The notes beneath the pieces are model-generated. The model was not told the origin of the DNA. It saw only the letters and a program-made list of their open reading frames with translations, and did no database searches. From contig JBAXAF010000006.1 in the NCBI GenBank assembly GCA_037142675.1, positions 1 through 49,994 of the forward strand: a stretch of 49,994 nucleotides of DNA, written 5' to 3'. The translations under genes and the position numbers were made by a program. Source of the stretch: Candidatus Berkelbacteria bacterium. GTDB lineage: Bacteria; Patescibacteriota; UBA1384; XYA2-FULL-43-10; CAINNR01. Below, in pieces: positions 1 to 9,924 of this stretch; within the stretch, counting starts at the first letter, position 1, and each line of letters begins with the position of its first letter.

Positions 1-139
1 CTGGTATATTTATCATCTATAATAGATTTATAGATGATAAAAGATGGGAACAAACTGTATTTTTAGCATTCGATTTGCGTCGAAATTTTGTTGCATAAGT
101 AAAATTTAAATAAAAAATTAATAGTCACTAGGAGGTGGG

Positions 140-535
140 ATGCCAACAGCAGATGATAAGTTAAAGGAACTCGATGTGCGCAACATTAAGGCAGCTGCAA
201 TTTTGCAGAATTTCAGCCTAGAGGAAATGGAACAGGTTTTGGAAACCAACATCTTCGAGCTTATGGGTGTTGAGTCTGAGCTAACCCAAGAGCAAAAAGA
301 TGATCTATTAAAGGTCTTCAAAGACACAATTGAAAATCGCACAGTAGCCAGGCTTCTAGACGCTTTGCCAGATGAAGATGTCGAAGAATTTAGCAAGTTG
401 GCCGAAGAAAGCGCGGAAAAGGCTGATCAATTTTTAGCCGATAAAGGAATTAATAAAGAACAAATTGCAATTGTCGAGATTGTGCTTTACAAGCTTGAAT
501 TAGCCAAGAGCAAGCAAGGAGAGGGGGTTGAATGA
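140..535 (+). CDS. Small acidic helical protein, DUF5663-like (CPR-typical)
   Basis: 131 aa ORF with RBS AGGAGG. Pattern 'IFELMGV..LTQEQKDDLL....IENRTVARLLDALPDEDVEEFSKL' resembles the DUF5663 family (recalled). Stop overlaps the next ATG (ATGA). Confidence 0.65.
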   Translation: MPTADDKLKELDVRNIKAAAILQNFSLEEMEQVLETNIFELMGVESELTQEQKDDLLKVFKDTIENRTVARLLDALPDEDVEEFSKLAEESAEKADQFLADKGINKEQIAIVEIVLYKLELAKSKQGEGVE

Positions 536-3500
536 GTGCAGAAGAAAGTCCTGACGGCGGTGCGGGCGAAGCCGCGTTTCTTGCCGAAAGAGAAGCAAAA
601 TTAAGCGGCGTGGTCTCGCGTCTCGCTGAGTTTGAGGCTGCACAAAGAGAGGCCTTTAAGCACGAAAATAATAAACCGATGTTATTTTTTGGTAAAAGAA
701 AAGCAGATTGGCAGAGCAGGCTAGCTAAACTTAAAGAAAATATACAGGCAACAGCTCACTTATTGAACACTGCTGCTGCTGAGGCCAAAGCCAAAGGCAT
801 TGATGACCCCGTTGGTGAAGTATTGAACAAACGGGGCAAACTTCCACTTGGGTACCGTGAATCGGTGCAAAAAGCAATGAAGGCCTCTGAAGCTTGGATA
901 GCTGGCCCGAAGCCTGCAATTACTGACCCAGCTGCGCCTGAAGTGCCTAAGCCGGCTGATGATGAGGTTGATATTACTTTAAATCCTGCAGCTGAAGATT
1001 TAACTGACGTAGATATTGAGCTAACTGGTGATCCAGTAGATAAGGGTGTAACCCCAGGTGATACTACACCGACTAAAGATCCGGGTGGCCCAACGCTGGA
1101 TGTCACGCTTGAGGACGAACCGCCAAAACCGCCTGCTGCGCCACCTGTTTTTGATGTTACTGAGCCACCGGCTGTTGCATCATCTGGCGGAACTCCGCCA
1201 TCACCATCTGTAGGTGAACCAACAACTGAAACTGCTCCTCCGCCAGTACCCCCAGCCCCACCGGAAGAACCACCAACGCCACCAGGGCCACCTCCATTTG
1301 GTCCAGATGGTGCACCTATCGTTCCAGCGCCGCTGGGGCCAGACGGTAAACCACTTCCTCCACCACCACTGACTGAAACATCTCCTCCTCTTGCTCCTCC
1401 GCCACCTCCACCACCAGGTGGGTCAGAGCCACCTCCGCCAACAGGGCCGGAGACTCCTGCTGGTACGCCGGAAGATCCAACCAAGAAAGAAGCTGACGAG
1501 GCCGCCAAACGACTTGAAGATGCTGTTGATAAACTTCCTGCCAGGTCCAAAGAGCTTGTAAAGTTGGCGCTTGAAACTAAGACTCGCGAAGACGCTAGAA
1601 TTGAAAAACGATATGGGAATCAGAAGAGCCTTTGGAACAAAATGAAGAAAGGCTTAAACGAGAGTTGGGGCGGTCGGGCACTTGGTGGGCTTCTAAAAGC
1701 TGGCCAAGGTGCAGGTGAGGTTATTACCGCTGGTCTTCTTGCCGGTCCTACTGGAATGCTGCTTTCGCCAGCCTTGTTTTCTCATGGCGCAATGCGTGGA
1801 ATAGAAGGTGCGCTTCAAGTCATATCCGCCTTTGGTGAAATTGGTGGCGACAAACAGATCGGTGAAGCCAACAGCAAAATTGATAAAATGACCGCTGATT
1901 TGAACAAATTAATATTAGAAACTGAAGGAAAATCCGATGCCAGTCACGAGCGATATAACGCTATTCATAAGATTGCCGAGGAAATTAGACTTGCTGAGGC
2001 TGACAAATTGACAGCGCAAGCAGGGAAGTTTTCACTTCGAGCAAAAATGAATGTTTACGGGCTTGTCGGCGGAGTCTTGGGTTCAGCATCTAGCGTACTG
2101 GTTGGTGGTTTACCAACTGGTTTCCAAAACTTCGGTGGAGCTCCGTTCTTATCTGCTGGTCACACTACGGCAATTGACGTTACAAAGGGTTGGATGTTTG
2201 GTTATAAGGGTGGTGAGTCAGCAATTGCTACTGCCCATGGAGCGCATACTTCTACTGTTGGGCTTGGCAGCGTAGCAGGTCATGGTATGGGTGCAACTGC
2301 GCTCGGAACTAAATTCTTGTTAGGTGGTGGTATAGCCATAGCTGGCGCCGCAATGATTTTGCAAGCACGTCACGATATGAAGGGCGTTGAGGAGCTAAAG
2401 GCCTCTGCTGCTGCGCTTAAGTCTGAGGCAGCTGGAATTTCTGGTGACCCGGTTGGTGATAAGGCCAGGGCCGAAGCTGCAGATAAAGCACGCAAAGAAA
2501 AAGCAGCTGTCGATAAAGCCGAAGCTGACAAAAAAGCTGCCGCTGATGCTGCCGAGAAAGAAAAAGGCAAGGGTACCGGCAAACCAGGAGAGCCTAAAAA
2601 ACCAGGGCCAGATGGTGGCACACCTCCAGGCGACGGTGGACCTAAAGATCCCGACAAAACTGGTAAAAAAGGAAAACCAGGTGAACCAGGTCCCAAAAAA
2701 GAAGGAGAAGTAGATGAAGCTCCACCAGAGGATCCAACTCCACCAGAAAAGGAAAAGCCGGTCGACGGTAGAATTGAAGTCGGCGGAACCTACAAGGCTG
2801 AGGGTTTGAAGGAAGTTAACATTAAGGAATATAACAAAAAGCACGGCTTAAAATTAAAGGGTAAAATTTACTCTGCAAAGGTAAATGGCCGAGACGTCGT
2901 AATCAATTTACCGGAAGGCGAAGTTAGCGAATCAACTACTAATGTCGTCGTCGATAAAATGCTATTCCGAGGCAAAAAGAAGGCAGAAAAAGGTTTTAAG
3001 CCAACGCCAGAATTAACAGTCCACCTAGACGGCGGAACTCCAGCTGAGGAGCCAAGTGGATCCGACGATGAAGAAGCGGAAAAAACTATAGAAAATCCTA
3101 AGGCCGAGAAAAAGCGGGTGGCAGAAATGTTGCAAACGGGTCGTTTGTGGCAGGGCATTTCCGAGGAACCAGTTAAGGCCAATCTTGTTGATTACGCCGA
3201 GAATAAAAAAGGCGACATTACTGAGTTGGAATCCATGGTTGATGTTAAAGACAAACAAATTATTATTAGGGATGTTCACAGGGTTAAGGGATCTGTTAGA
3301 TTCTCTGTTCGAGAAAAAGGTACAACAGATTTTGGCCCATCGTATCAAATGGCTGCCGCTGACTTTTTGAAGATTGCTGACCCTGCGTATTTTGCTAAGG
3401 AACCAGATAAAGCTGCGCAATTTGAAGCAGCAAAAGCAGCTTTGGCGAAATCGATAGAAAATCCAGATGAAGAAACTGCTGATGATGAAGAACCACCAGC

Positions 3501-4035
3501 AGCAGCAGATGAAGAGCCTCCAGTACTAGAGGTGCCAGCAGATGACGAAGAGGTGGCGGGTGACGAAGAAATCGTGGAAGAAAGTGAAATTCCTTTCGGT
3601 TTGAAACCCGGAGCCAAGGTAGTTGAAAAAGAAACCGGAAAAGTTTTTGTTATCAGCGAACAGGATGACGATTTCGGTAGAGTAGAAGTTAATTCACCAG
3701 ATGATGAGTCTGCAAAAGACTACTACGCACCAGATATGTTCAAAGAAGAATTTGAGCCGTACAAAGCTCCAGAAGAAGAAGCGTCGCCGGAAAAAATTGT
3801 AATTTCTACCGCTAAGGGTGATGTCGATGTTGCTCCCGGCGCAACTATCACCATGCCTCGTGTCGTAGGAGAAGAGTTTAAGGGTTCCGAGGCTAGAATC
3901 GTCAAGTCAGCTGAAAATGTCACAGACGGCGATAAATCCTTTGTGTTTATTACCTTCAACGAAGGAGAACCACTCAAGATGACGCCAGAAAATGCAGCTA
4001 AACTGATTGAAAATGATGTCCTAACTGTTTCTTAA
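532..4035 (+). CDS. Giant low-complexity protein: poly-Pro region, Gly/Ala-rich hydrophobic core, acidic C-terminal half with small beta domains; candidate secreted effector
   Basis: 1167 aa ORF, RBS GGAG/GAGGGGG, translationally coupled to the upstream gene. Function is inferred only. Confidence 0.8.
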   Translation: MSAEESPDGGAGEAAFLAEREAKLSGVVSRLAEFEAAQREAFKHENNKPMLFFGKRKADWQSRLAKLKENIQATAHLLNTAAAEAKAKGIDDPVGEVLNKRGKLPLGYRESVQKAMKASEAWIAGPKPAITDPAAPEVPKPADDEVDITLNPAAEDLTDVDIELTGDPVDKGVTPGDTTPTKDPGGPTLDVTLEDEPPKPPAAPPVFDVTEPPAVASSGGTPPSPSVGEPTTETAPPPVPPAPPEEPPTPPGPPPFGPDGAPIVPAPLGPDGKPLPPPPLTETSPPLAPPPPPPPGGSEPPPPTGPETPAGTPEDPTKKEADEAAKRLEDAVDKLPARSKELVKLALETKTREDARIEKRYGNQKSLWNKMKKGLNESWGGRALGGLLKAGQGAGEVITAGLLAGPTGMLLSPALFSHGAMRGIEGALQVISAFGEIGGDKQIGEANSKIDKMTADLNKLILETEGKSDASHERYNAIHKIAEEIRLAEADKLTAQAGKFSLRAKMNVYGLVGGVLGSASSVLVGGLPTGFQNFGGAPFLSAGHTTAIDVTKGWMFGYKGGESAIATAHGAHTSTVGLGSVAGHGMGATALGTKFLLGGGIAIAGAAMILQARHDMKGVEELKASAAALKSEAAGISGDPVGDKARAEAADKARKEKAAVDKAEADKKAAADAAEKEKGKGTGKPGEPKKPGPDGGTPPGDGGPKDPDKTGKKGKPGEPGPKKEGEVDEAPPEDPTPPEKEKPVDGRIEVGGTYKAEGLKEVNIKEYNKKHGLKLKGKIYSAKVNGRDVVINLPEGEVSESTTNVVVDKMLFRGKKKAEKGFKPTPELTVHLDGGTPAEEPSGSDDEEAEKTIENPKAEKKRVAEMLQTGRLWQGISEEPVKANLVDYAENKKGDITELESMVDVKDKQIIIRDVHRVKGSVRFSVREKGTTDFGPSYQMAAADFLKIADPAYFAKEPDKAAQFEAAKAALAKSIENPDEETADDEEPPAAADEEPPVLEVPADDEEVAGDEEIVEESEIPFGLKPGAKVVEKETGKVFVISEQDDDFGRVEVNSPDDESAKDYYAPDMFKEEFEPYKAPEEEASPEKIVISTAKGDVDVAPGATITMPRVVGEEFKGSEARIVKSAENVTDGDKSFVFITFNEGEPLKMTPENAAKLIENDVLTVS

Positions 4036-4040
4036 ATTAA

Positions 4041-5582
4041 ATGACAAAAACCACACCAACTGATTTCCGCCATGTTCGGGAGACCACTCTTAGTGATTTT
4101 GTGCCCGCAAATCCTGCTGCGGAATTAATTGGTTCACAAAAATTGGATCATACGGCCGTTCCTGAGACGACTTTTGAAGATTTAATGCAACCAGAAACTA
4201 TTAATGTTCCCGATGTTGCCCCGGAACTGCCAGCTGATGATGTTGCGATGGAAGCAAATCGAGGCTCTGCTGTTACTCTTGAACAGGGCGGGCCGGTAAT
4301 TGATCCATTAACAGTCCCTGAAACAACTTTTGAAGATCTGTTTCGGTCACCAGCTGAACCACCAGCATCTCCTGATCTTCCTGAGCCGCCGGCTCGAGAA
4401 GCCACTGTGCCACCAATCGCTGAGCCGGCAGTACCAGCTGTTCCTGCAGCGCCGATCGCTACAGCTGAACTGAGTCCAGCTGAAAATGCGATAGCCGTTA
4501 ATTTTCTAGAACAATTGCGTCCTGGTGATCGGTTGAAGATGCGAAATCCGAATGAGGAAAGCGTGAAGACGGTTCAGTCATTTGTACTATACGACCCAGC
4601 TACTCGATTGGTTACAGTTGATGTCGGCGGGATGAATCACAGGATTGAGGTCCATGAATTCTATCGCACTTTTGATACAGAAAGATCTAGACCAGATGCT
4701 GAATTAAAATCTGAATTGGAGGAAGGTCTAGACGAAATTGCCGCCGCTGAAGATGCAGTTAAGGTCAATGATATCCATAGTGATGAGGCCCAGTTGGAGG
4801 CAGCCGAAAATGAGGAACTAGAAAGTTATCAATTTCATGACAAAAATGGGGGAGTGGGCAGTGATAATTCCTCAGATTTAACAATTTACAAAGATCAGGC
4901 TTGGAAACGTGGTGACAGCCCATTGGAAAAGATTTCGGCGATCAGGTTATCAGCTGATAATGGAAAATTAGCGATTGCATTTGGCAATAATCCAGCAGAA
5001 GAAAAAACTACACAGGAATGGAAGGATGATTTTGCTGGTTGGCAGCTAATTAGTGTGGGGGTAAATAATTCTGAAGTAGCGCCGTTAAAAGAAATTGTTG
5101 AAAACTCTGTTCCAGCTCAAACAACGCAAGGGTTGAAGGATCGTTTTCGCCAAATTAACCCAGCAGAAGCCGCTGGGCAACAATATGCTGATGGTGTGCC
5201 AAATGAGCATCAGGAGTATAGTCGGGGCCGTGTAGTTGCCGAGAATATTCCTAATTTACCCGAAGTTCCTGTCGATGGCACCGAGGCAGTTGAAGTAAAA
5301 GATGCTGCTGAAACTGAAAGAGAGAAAGAAGTTGTAAAGGTAGAAGACGAGATTGATAAAGTCGTTGAAACAGTTCCAGCAGTGGCTGCGGAAGTAGTAG
5401 TTGAGGAAAACGGTGAGGCAGATGACACTGACGATGGCAAGGCGACTGGGAAAGAAAATTTACCAAAAAACGCGCAAGACGCTTTTGATCAGTTGGCAAG
5501 TGGCAGTCAAGTTAACATGCCAGTTGACCTTGCCAGACAGGCAGAAGAAATAAGATTTAAAGGCGACAGTTCCGAGAAATAG
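4041..5582 (+). CDS. Acidic Pro/Glu-rich hypothetical protein with 3 N-terminal (P)ETTFEDL-like repeats
   Basis: 513 aa ORF starting 5 nt after the previous stop; same operon. Confidence 0.8.
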   Translation: MTKTTPTDFRHVRETTLSDFVPANPAAELIGSQKLDHTAVPETTFEDLMQPETINVPDVAPELPADDVAMEANRGSAVTLEQGGPVIDPLTVPETTFEDLFRSPAEPPASPDLPEPPAREATVPPIAEPAVPAVPAAPIATAELSPAENAIAVNFLEQLRPGDRLKMRNPNEESVKTVQSFVLYDPATRLVTVDVGGMNHRIEVHEFYRTFDTERSRPDAELKSELEEGLDEIAAAEDAVKVNDIHSDEAQLEAAENEELESYQFHDKNGGVGSDNSSDLTIYKDQAWKRGDSPLEKISAIRLSADNGKLAIAFGNNPAEEKTTQEWKDDFAGWQLISVGVNNSEVAPLKEIVENSVPAQTTQGLKDRFRQINPAEAAGQQYADGVPNEHQEYSRGRVVAENIPNLPEVPVDGTEAVEVKDAAETEREKEVVKVEDEIDKVVETVPAVAAEVVVEENGEADDTDDGKATGKENLPKNAQDAFDQLASGSQVNMPVDLARQAEEIRFKGDSSEK

Positions 5583-5602
5583 GATTTCTGATAAGGAGGG
5601 GA

Positions 5603-8149
5603 TTGGATACTTATAATTATAATTCGACGACAACAACCGCCAGCAATAATATTTGGTGGTGGGTTTTGGCTGTCATTGCACTGGCAGTGGGAATTTATTT
5701 TTTGTACAAATATTTGCAACGGATAATTTTGTACTATTATCAGCTGCGAAAAACTCAGAATTGGGTGATGTTAAAAATTTCTATCCCCAAGGAGCGTTTT
5801 GCAGAAGAGAACGATCAGCGAATGGATTTTCGCGAACTGGCTGCAGTTATTGAGCCATTTTTGTCGAATATTGAGTCGCTTTTTGACCCGAACATACAAA
5901 AGAAACTTGCAGGGCAAGACCATATTAGCTTAGAAATTATTTCTAAAAAAGGTTTGGTATTTTTTTACATTGGTGCGCCGGAGATATTCCGTGACGCAAT
6001 TGAAAAAAATATTTTGGCCCAATATCCGGATGCAATTTTGGAGCTGGATAAAGACAGGGGATTTTCAGTCTTTAAAGATATGGAAGGCGAAGTTGCAGCT
6101 GGAAACCTAAGATTGCTAAAAAAGTTTTTCTTTCCAATCAAAACATATCGCTATTTGGAATATGATCCATTGAACGGAATTGTGAACGCGCTTTCAAAAT
6201 TAGGCGCTGAAAGAAATGCCGCGGTCCAGATTTTAATTCGCCCAACGGACAACACTTGGAGGTTTGCACTTGATAAGGTGGCCAAAAATATTCAGGCTGG
6301 AAAATCGGGAAGTTACTATTCATCGTCGTTTAATCGCCGAATGGGGGAGAGCTTCTTTAAATTTTTGGGTGACGTTGGCAAATCAGCCAGTGGCAAATCA
6401 CTAATGGAAGAGGAAAAAGATAAGCAGGCCCAGAACCAATTTCGCCTGAACCCTATCCAGGAGCAGCAGCTAAAGTTACTGGCTGAAAAGGGTGCAAAAA
6501 CCGGTTTCGATACTCAGGTTAGAATTATTGCCGTTGCTCCAACTGCCGAGCAAGCAAAGGAAACCTTAAAAACTATTTTCATGGCTTTTTCGCAATTCTT
6601 CGCTCCTGACAACAACGGCTTTAAGTTTAAAAAAGCTAAGCGTTTGAGGGAGACTGTTGCTAATTATATTTACAGAATTTATGGCAGAGAGCCGAGAATG
6701 CTGTTGAATACAGAGGAAGTTGCTTCACTTTTTCATTTACCGAACCGCTTCACCGAAGCACCGAATATCGCTTGGGTGTATTCGAAAAAATCTGCACCAC
6801 CACCACAAATGCCAACCGAAGGTATTATTATCGGCGAAACGAATTATCGTAGCCAGAAGCAGTCTATTCGAATAAAAGATACTGATAGGGTTCGCCACAT
6901 TTATATGGTAGGAAAAACTGGTGTAGGTAAAACCGTATTATTTGAAAACGCTATTATGCAGGATATCCGAGATGGCAAAGGCGTCGCTTATTTGGATCCA
7001 AACGGTGATGCGATTCAGTATATTTTAGAGCATATACCAAAGGAACGGGCCGAGGATGTAATTCTTTTTGACCCGTCTGATATTGAGCGTCCAATGGGGC
7101 TAAATCTCTTGGAGTGGAAGACGAACGAACAGCGCGACTTTTTGGTCCAGGAGGCGATTCAGATTTTCTACAAGCTTTTCGATCCAAACCAAACAGGTAT
7201 TGTTGGTCCGCAGTTTGAGCATTGGATGAGAAATGCCGCCCTGACTTTAATGGCTCATCCAGATGGCGGAACATTAATTGATATTCCGCGGCTCTTCACT
7301 GACCCGGATTTTGAAAAGGAGCGAGTTAAGTTCGTAACCGACCCGGTTGTTAGATCATTCTGGGAAAAGCAGATGGCCAAAACATCAGATTTTCATAAGT
7401 CTGAAATGTTGAATTATTTCACTTCCAAATTTGGTCGGTTCATGACTAATGATATGATGCGCAATATTATCGGCCAGCCAAAATCAGCGTTTGATTTTCG
7501 TGAAGTGATGGACGGCAAGAAAATTTTACTTTGCAAGCTATCAAAAGGTTTAATTGGTGAAATTAACGCCTTTTTGCTGGGAATGATTATCGTCTCAAAG
7601 ATCGCTATTGGCGCCTTTTCACGGCAGGATCAAACCGAAGAAGAGCGCATACCATTTTATCTTTACGTTGATGAGTTCCAGAACTTTATTACCGACGTAT
7701 TTTCAACGATCCTGTCCGAGTCCAGAAAGTATAAGTTAGCTTTAAGTATCACTAACCAGTATATTTCTCAGCTAGACGAAAAGACCAGAGACGCTGTAAT
7801 TGGTAACGCTGGTAATTTGATTGCTTTTAGGGTTGGTGCTGCTGACGCTGAGTTTTTAGTCAAGGAATTTGCCCCAATTGCCGTTGATGATTTAACCAAT
7901 GTCGATAAATTTAATTTCTACATTCGTGAACTAATTGATAATGCTCCGATGCCGGCTTTTAATGGTCAAAGCATGCCCCCTGATCCTAACGGCAACAAAG
8001 AGTTGGCTGAAGCTATCAGGCAGTTATCGCGTCTAAAGTACGGGAACTCAAGAGAGGTTGTTGAGTCTGAAATAAGCGAACGTTCTCAAATTCATAATAT
8101 TGATTTGCCGGGGATTGGCGAAGGGAATGCCAAAGGCCCAACCGGTTAA
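5603..8149 (+). CDS. VirD4/TraG-like type IV coupling ATPase (HerA/FtsK superfamily) with N-terminal TM
   Basis: Walker A VGKTGVGKT, Walker B LYVDEFQNF, 'LSESRKY' and 'GNAGNLIAFRVG..DAEFL' motifs. TTG start after AAGGAGGGG. Confidence 0.9.
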   Translation: MDTYNYNSTTTTASNNIWWWVLAVIALAVGIYFLYKYLQRIILYYYQLRKTQNWVMLKISIPKERFAEENDQRMDFRELAAVIEPFLSNIESLFDPNIQKKLAGQDHISLEIISKKGLVFFYIGAPEIFRDAIEKNILAQYPDAILELDKDRGFSVFKDMEGEVAAGNLRLLKKFFFPIKTYRYLEYDPLNGIVNALSKLGAERNAAVQILIRPTDNTWRFALDKVAKNIQAGKSGSYYSSSFNRRMGESFFKFLGDVGKSASGKSLMEEEKDKQAQNQFRLNPIQEQQLKLLAEKGAKTGFDTQVRIIAVAPTAEQAKETLKTIFMAFSQFFAPDNNGFKFKKAKRLRETVANYIYRIYGREPRMLLNTEEVASLFHLPNRFTEAPNIAWVYSKKSAPPPQMPTEGIIIGETNYRSQKQSIRIKDTDRVRHIYMVGKTGVGKTVLFENAIMQDIRDGKGVAYLDPNGDAIQYILEHIPKERAEDVILFDPSDIERPMGLNLLEWKTNEQRDFLVQEAIQIFYKLFDPNQTGIVGPQFEHWMRNAALTLMAHPDGGTLIDIPRLFTDPDFEKERVKFVTDPVVRSFWEKQMAKTSDFHKSEMLNYFTSKFGRFMTNDMMRNIIGQPKSAFDFREVMDGKKILLCKLSKGLIGEINAFLLGMIIVSKIAIGAFSRQDQTEEERIPFYLYVDEFQNFITDVFSTILSESRKYKLALSITNQYISQLDEKTRDAVIGNAGNLIAFRVGAADAEFLVKEFAPIAVDDLTNVDKFNFYIRELIDNAPMPAFNGQSMPPDPNGNKELAEAIRQLSRLKYGNSREVVESEISERSQIHNIDLPGIGEGNAKGPTG

Positions 8150-8171
8150 AAATCATTTCATGATTTTTAAC

Positions 8172-8240
8172 AATTTCTAAGTACTAAATTCTAATTTCTA
8201 AATAAATCTTAAATGACTAAATGCGAATTTAGAAATTTTT
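8172..8240. repeat. AT-rich heptamer-periodic intergenic element
   Basis: AATTTCT-AAGTACT-AAATTCT-AATTTCT-AAATAAA; same family as 30094 and 36334. Confidence 0.6.
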
Positions 8241-8256
8241 GTTTTAACTAAAATCG

Positions 8257-8285
8257 TTGACAAAAAAATTCTTTTGTTGTATTAT
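8257..8285 (+). promoter_or_regulatory. sigma70 promoter
   Basis: TTGACA-17-TATTAT upstream of the 8315 ORF. Confidence 0.7.
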
Positions 8286-8314
8286 CTTACTAGATTAGTA
8301 ACACAATAACAAAA

Positions 8315-8854
8315 ATGGTCAAATTAGACAAAAAAGCCTTGAATTTCCCTTCAGATGAGGATTTAGTAAGCGTGAAACAACTTTTGGATAGCGCTGAAAA
8401 TCAAATTAGAAAAGCCAAATCTTTAATTTTCAAAACCGAAATTGAAGAAATGGCCAGGGAAGTGGCCGAGACAAATGTTTCCGATAACATTATTGAAGGC
8501 ATATTTAACGGGGAAAATTTTGTTGCCCCAGATGGGACAAATTATCCGATACCGGCCAACTATGCGAGTAAGTCAAAGCTTGTTACGGGGGACTTGCTGA
8601 AATTAACAATAATGTCTGATGGCAGCTTTGTTTATAAGCAGATTAATCCCGTTGAACGGAAAAAAGTCGTTGGTGTCTTGGAAGAATTCGGTGATGGCTG
8701 GAGAATAAATGTTGACGGCCAGCTCTACAACGTACTGACTGCATCCGTTACATATTATAAGGCCAAAGAAGGCGATAAGCTCGTAGGTCTAATTCCGGAA
8801 GATGAAAAGACGGACTGGGCAGCAGTTGAAAATATAATGATTGATGAAGCATAA
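8315..8854 (+). CDS. Conserved CPR hypothetical protein
   Basis: 179 aa. Motif 'IEGIFNGE.F...DG..YPIPANYASKSKLV.GD.LKLTI..DGSFVYKQI' recognised as a CPR-conserved family. Confidence 0.8.
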   Translation: MVKLDKKALNFPSDEDLVSVKQLLDSAENQIRKAKSLIFKTEIEEMAREVAETNVSDNIIEGIFNGENFVAPDGTNYPIPANYASKSKLVTGDLLKLTIMSDGSFVYKQINPVERKKVVGVLEEFGDGWRINVDGQLYNVLTASVTYYKAKEGDKLVGLIPEDEKTDWAAVENIMIDEA

Positions 8855-8877
8855 AATAAATAATTTTGGGGAAAAGA

Positions 8878-9924
8878 ATGACAGAAGCAAAAGAAAATTT
8901 AGCTCATGCGGGCAATCTGGTCGAAATAGTCAACGACCTAATGTTGGTATTGAATGAAAAAGAAAAGCGATCAATCGTTGGTCGTTTCGGTTTTACTGGT
9001 AAGAAAGAGACATTGTCAGCAATTGGGCGAGAATTGCGCCTCTCCAGAGAGCGCGTTCGACAAATTGAAAAAAATGCCCTACGAAAGATGTCTGAATTGA
9101 TGAAGAAAAGCCATTCCTCAATGATCAATGAAGTCGCTGGGACTTTAGAAAAATCAGGCGGAGTTATTGTAGATGATCTAATTCCTGAAGATTTCCTAAA
9201 GCTTGCCAACGACCAAAAATTTGCACGCAATTATCTGCGACTTGTTCTAACTATTATTGCCAATACTGAAAAAATCAATGAGAGTGATAAATTCAAAGAA
9301 GGCTGGAGATTGAAAACTGTTACGAGTGATAAGATTTTGTCAGTTATTACCAAGGCGATTGAATATTTTAAGGCTGAAGAAATTCCACAAACTTTGGAAG
9401 GTCTAGGAAATGAAATTCCGGCCATCGGCAAAATGGATAGCAATTTTGTTATGTCCTGCATTCAAATTTCTAAAAAATTGATTGTTGCCAAAAATGGCAT
9501 GATTGGTCTTTCCGGCTGGCCTTCGGTTAATCCGAGAAATGTTAGGGATAAAATTTATTATGTTTTAAAAACATCAGGTCAGCCACTTCATTTTACGGAA
9601 ATTACTTCCTCTATTGCCAGTCTTGAATTCGACAAAAAACGCGTAGTCAGGGCCACTGTTCACAACGAGTTAATCGCCGATGACAGGTTTGTGCTGATTG
9701 GGCGAGGAATTTATGCTTTGCGCGAATGGGGATATAGTGACGGGACTGTTTATGAGGTTATTAAAAATATTCTCTCTAACAGTAAAAAACCACTTATTTC
9801 AACCGAGATTATTGAACTAGTAAATAAATCCAGAAAAGTTAAGAAAAACACAATCGTAATTAATTTGCAGACCAAAAAAGAATTCAAAAAGGTCTCTGGT
9901 GGTTACGTTTTTGAGAAGCTCTAA
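8878..9924 (+). CDS. Sigma-70 region 4 HTH plus winged-helix (HARE-HTH / RNAP delta-like) protein
   Basis: 'ETLSAIGRELRLSRERVRQIEKNAL' is a sigma4 HTH; C-terminal 'PLHFTEI...TVHNELIADDRFVLIGRGIYALREWGY'. ATG at 8878 preferred over TTG at 8866. Confidence 0.8.
   Translation: MTEAKENLAHAGNLVEIVNDLMLVLNEKEKRSIVGRFGFTGKKETLSAIGRELRLSRERVRQIEKNALRKMSELMKKSHSSMINEVAGTLEKSGGVIVDDLIPEDFLKLANDQKFARNYLRLVLTIIANTEKINESDKFKEGWRLKTVTSDKILSVITKAIEYFKAEEIPQTLEGLGNEIPAIGKMDSNFVMSCIQISKKLIVAKNGMIGLSGWPSVNPRNVRDKIYYVLKTSGQPLHFTEITSSIASLEFDKKRVVRATVHNELIADDRFVLIGRGIYALREWGYSDGTVYEVIKNILSNSKKPLISTEIIELVNKSRKVKKNTIVINLQTKKEFKKVSGGYVFEKL

Noticed and set aside
756-1550. 264-aa Gly/Ser-rich minus-strand ORF (and similar ones at 2370-2696, 3345-3617, 4148-4405)
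   Set aside because: Antisense shadows of Pro-rich coding on the + strand; no RBS.
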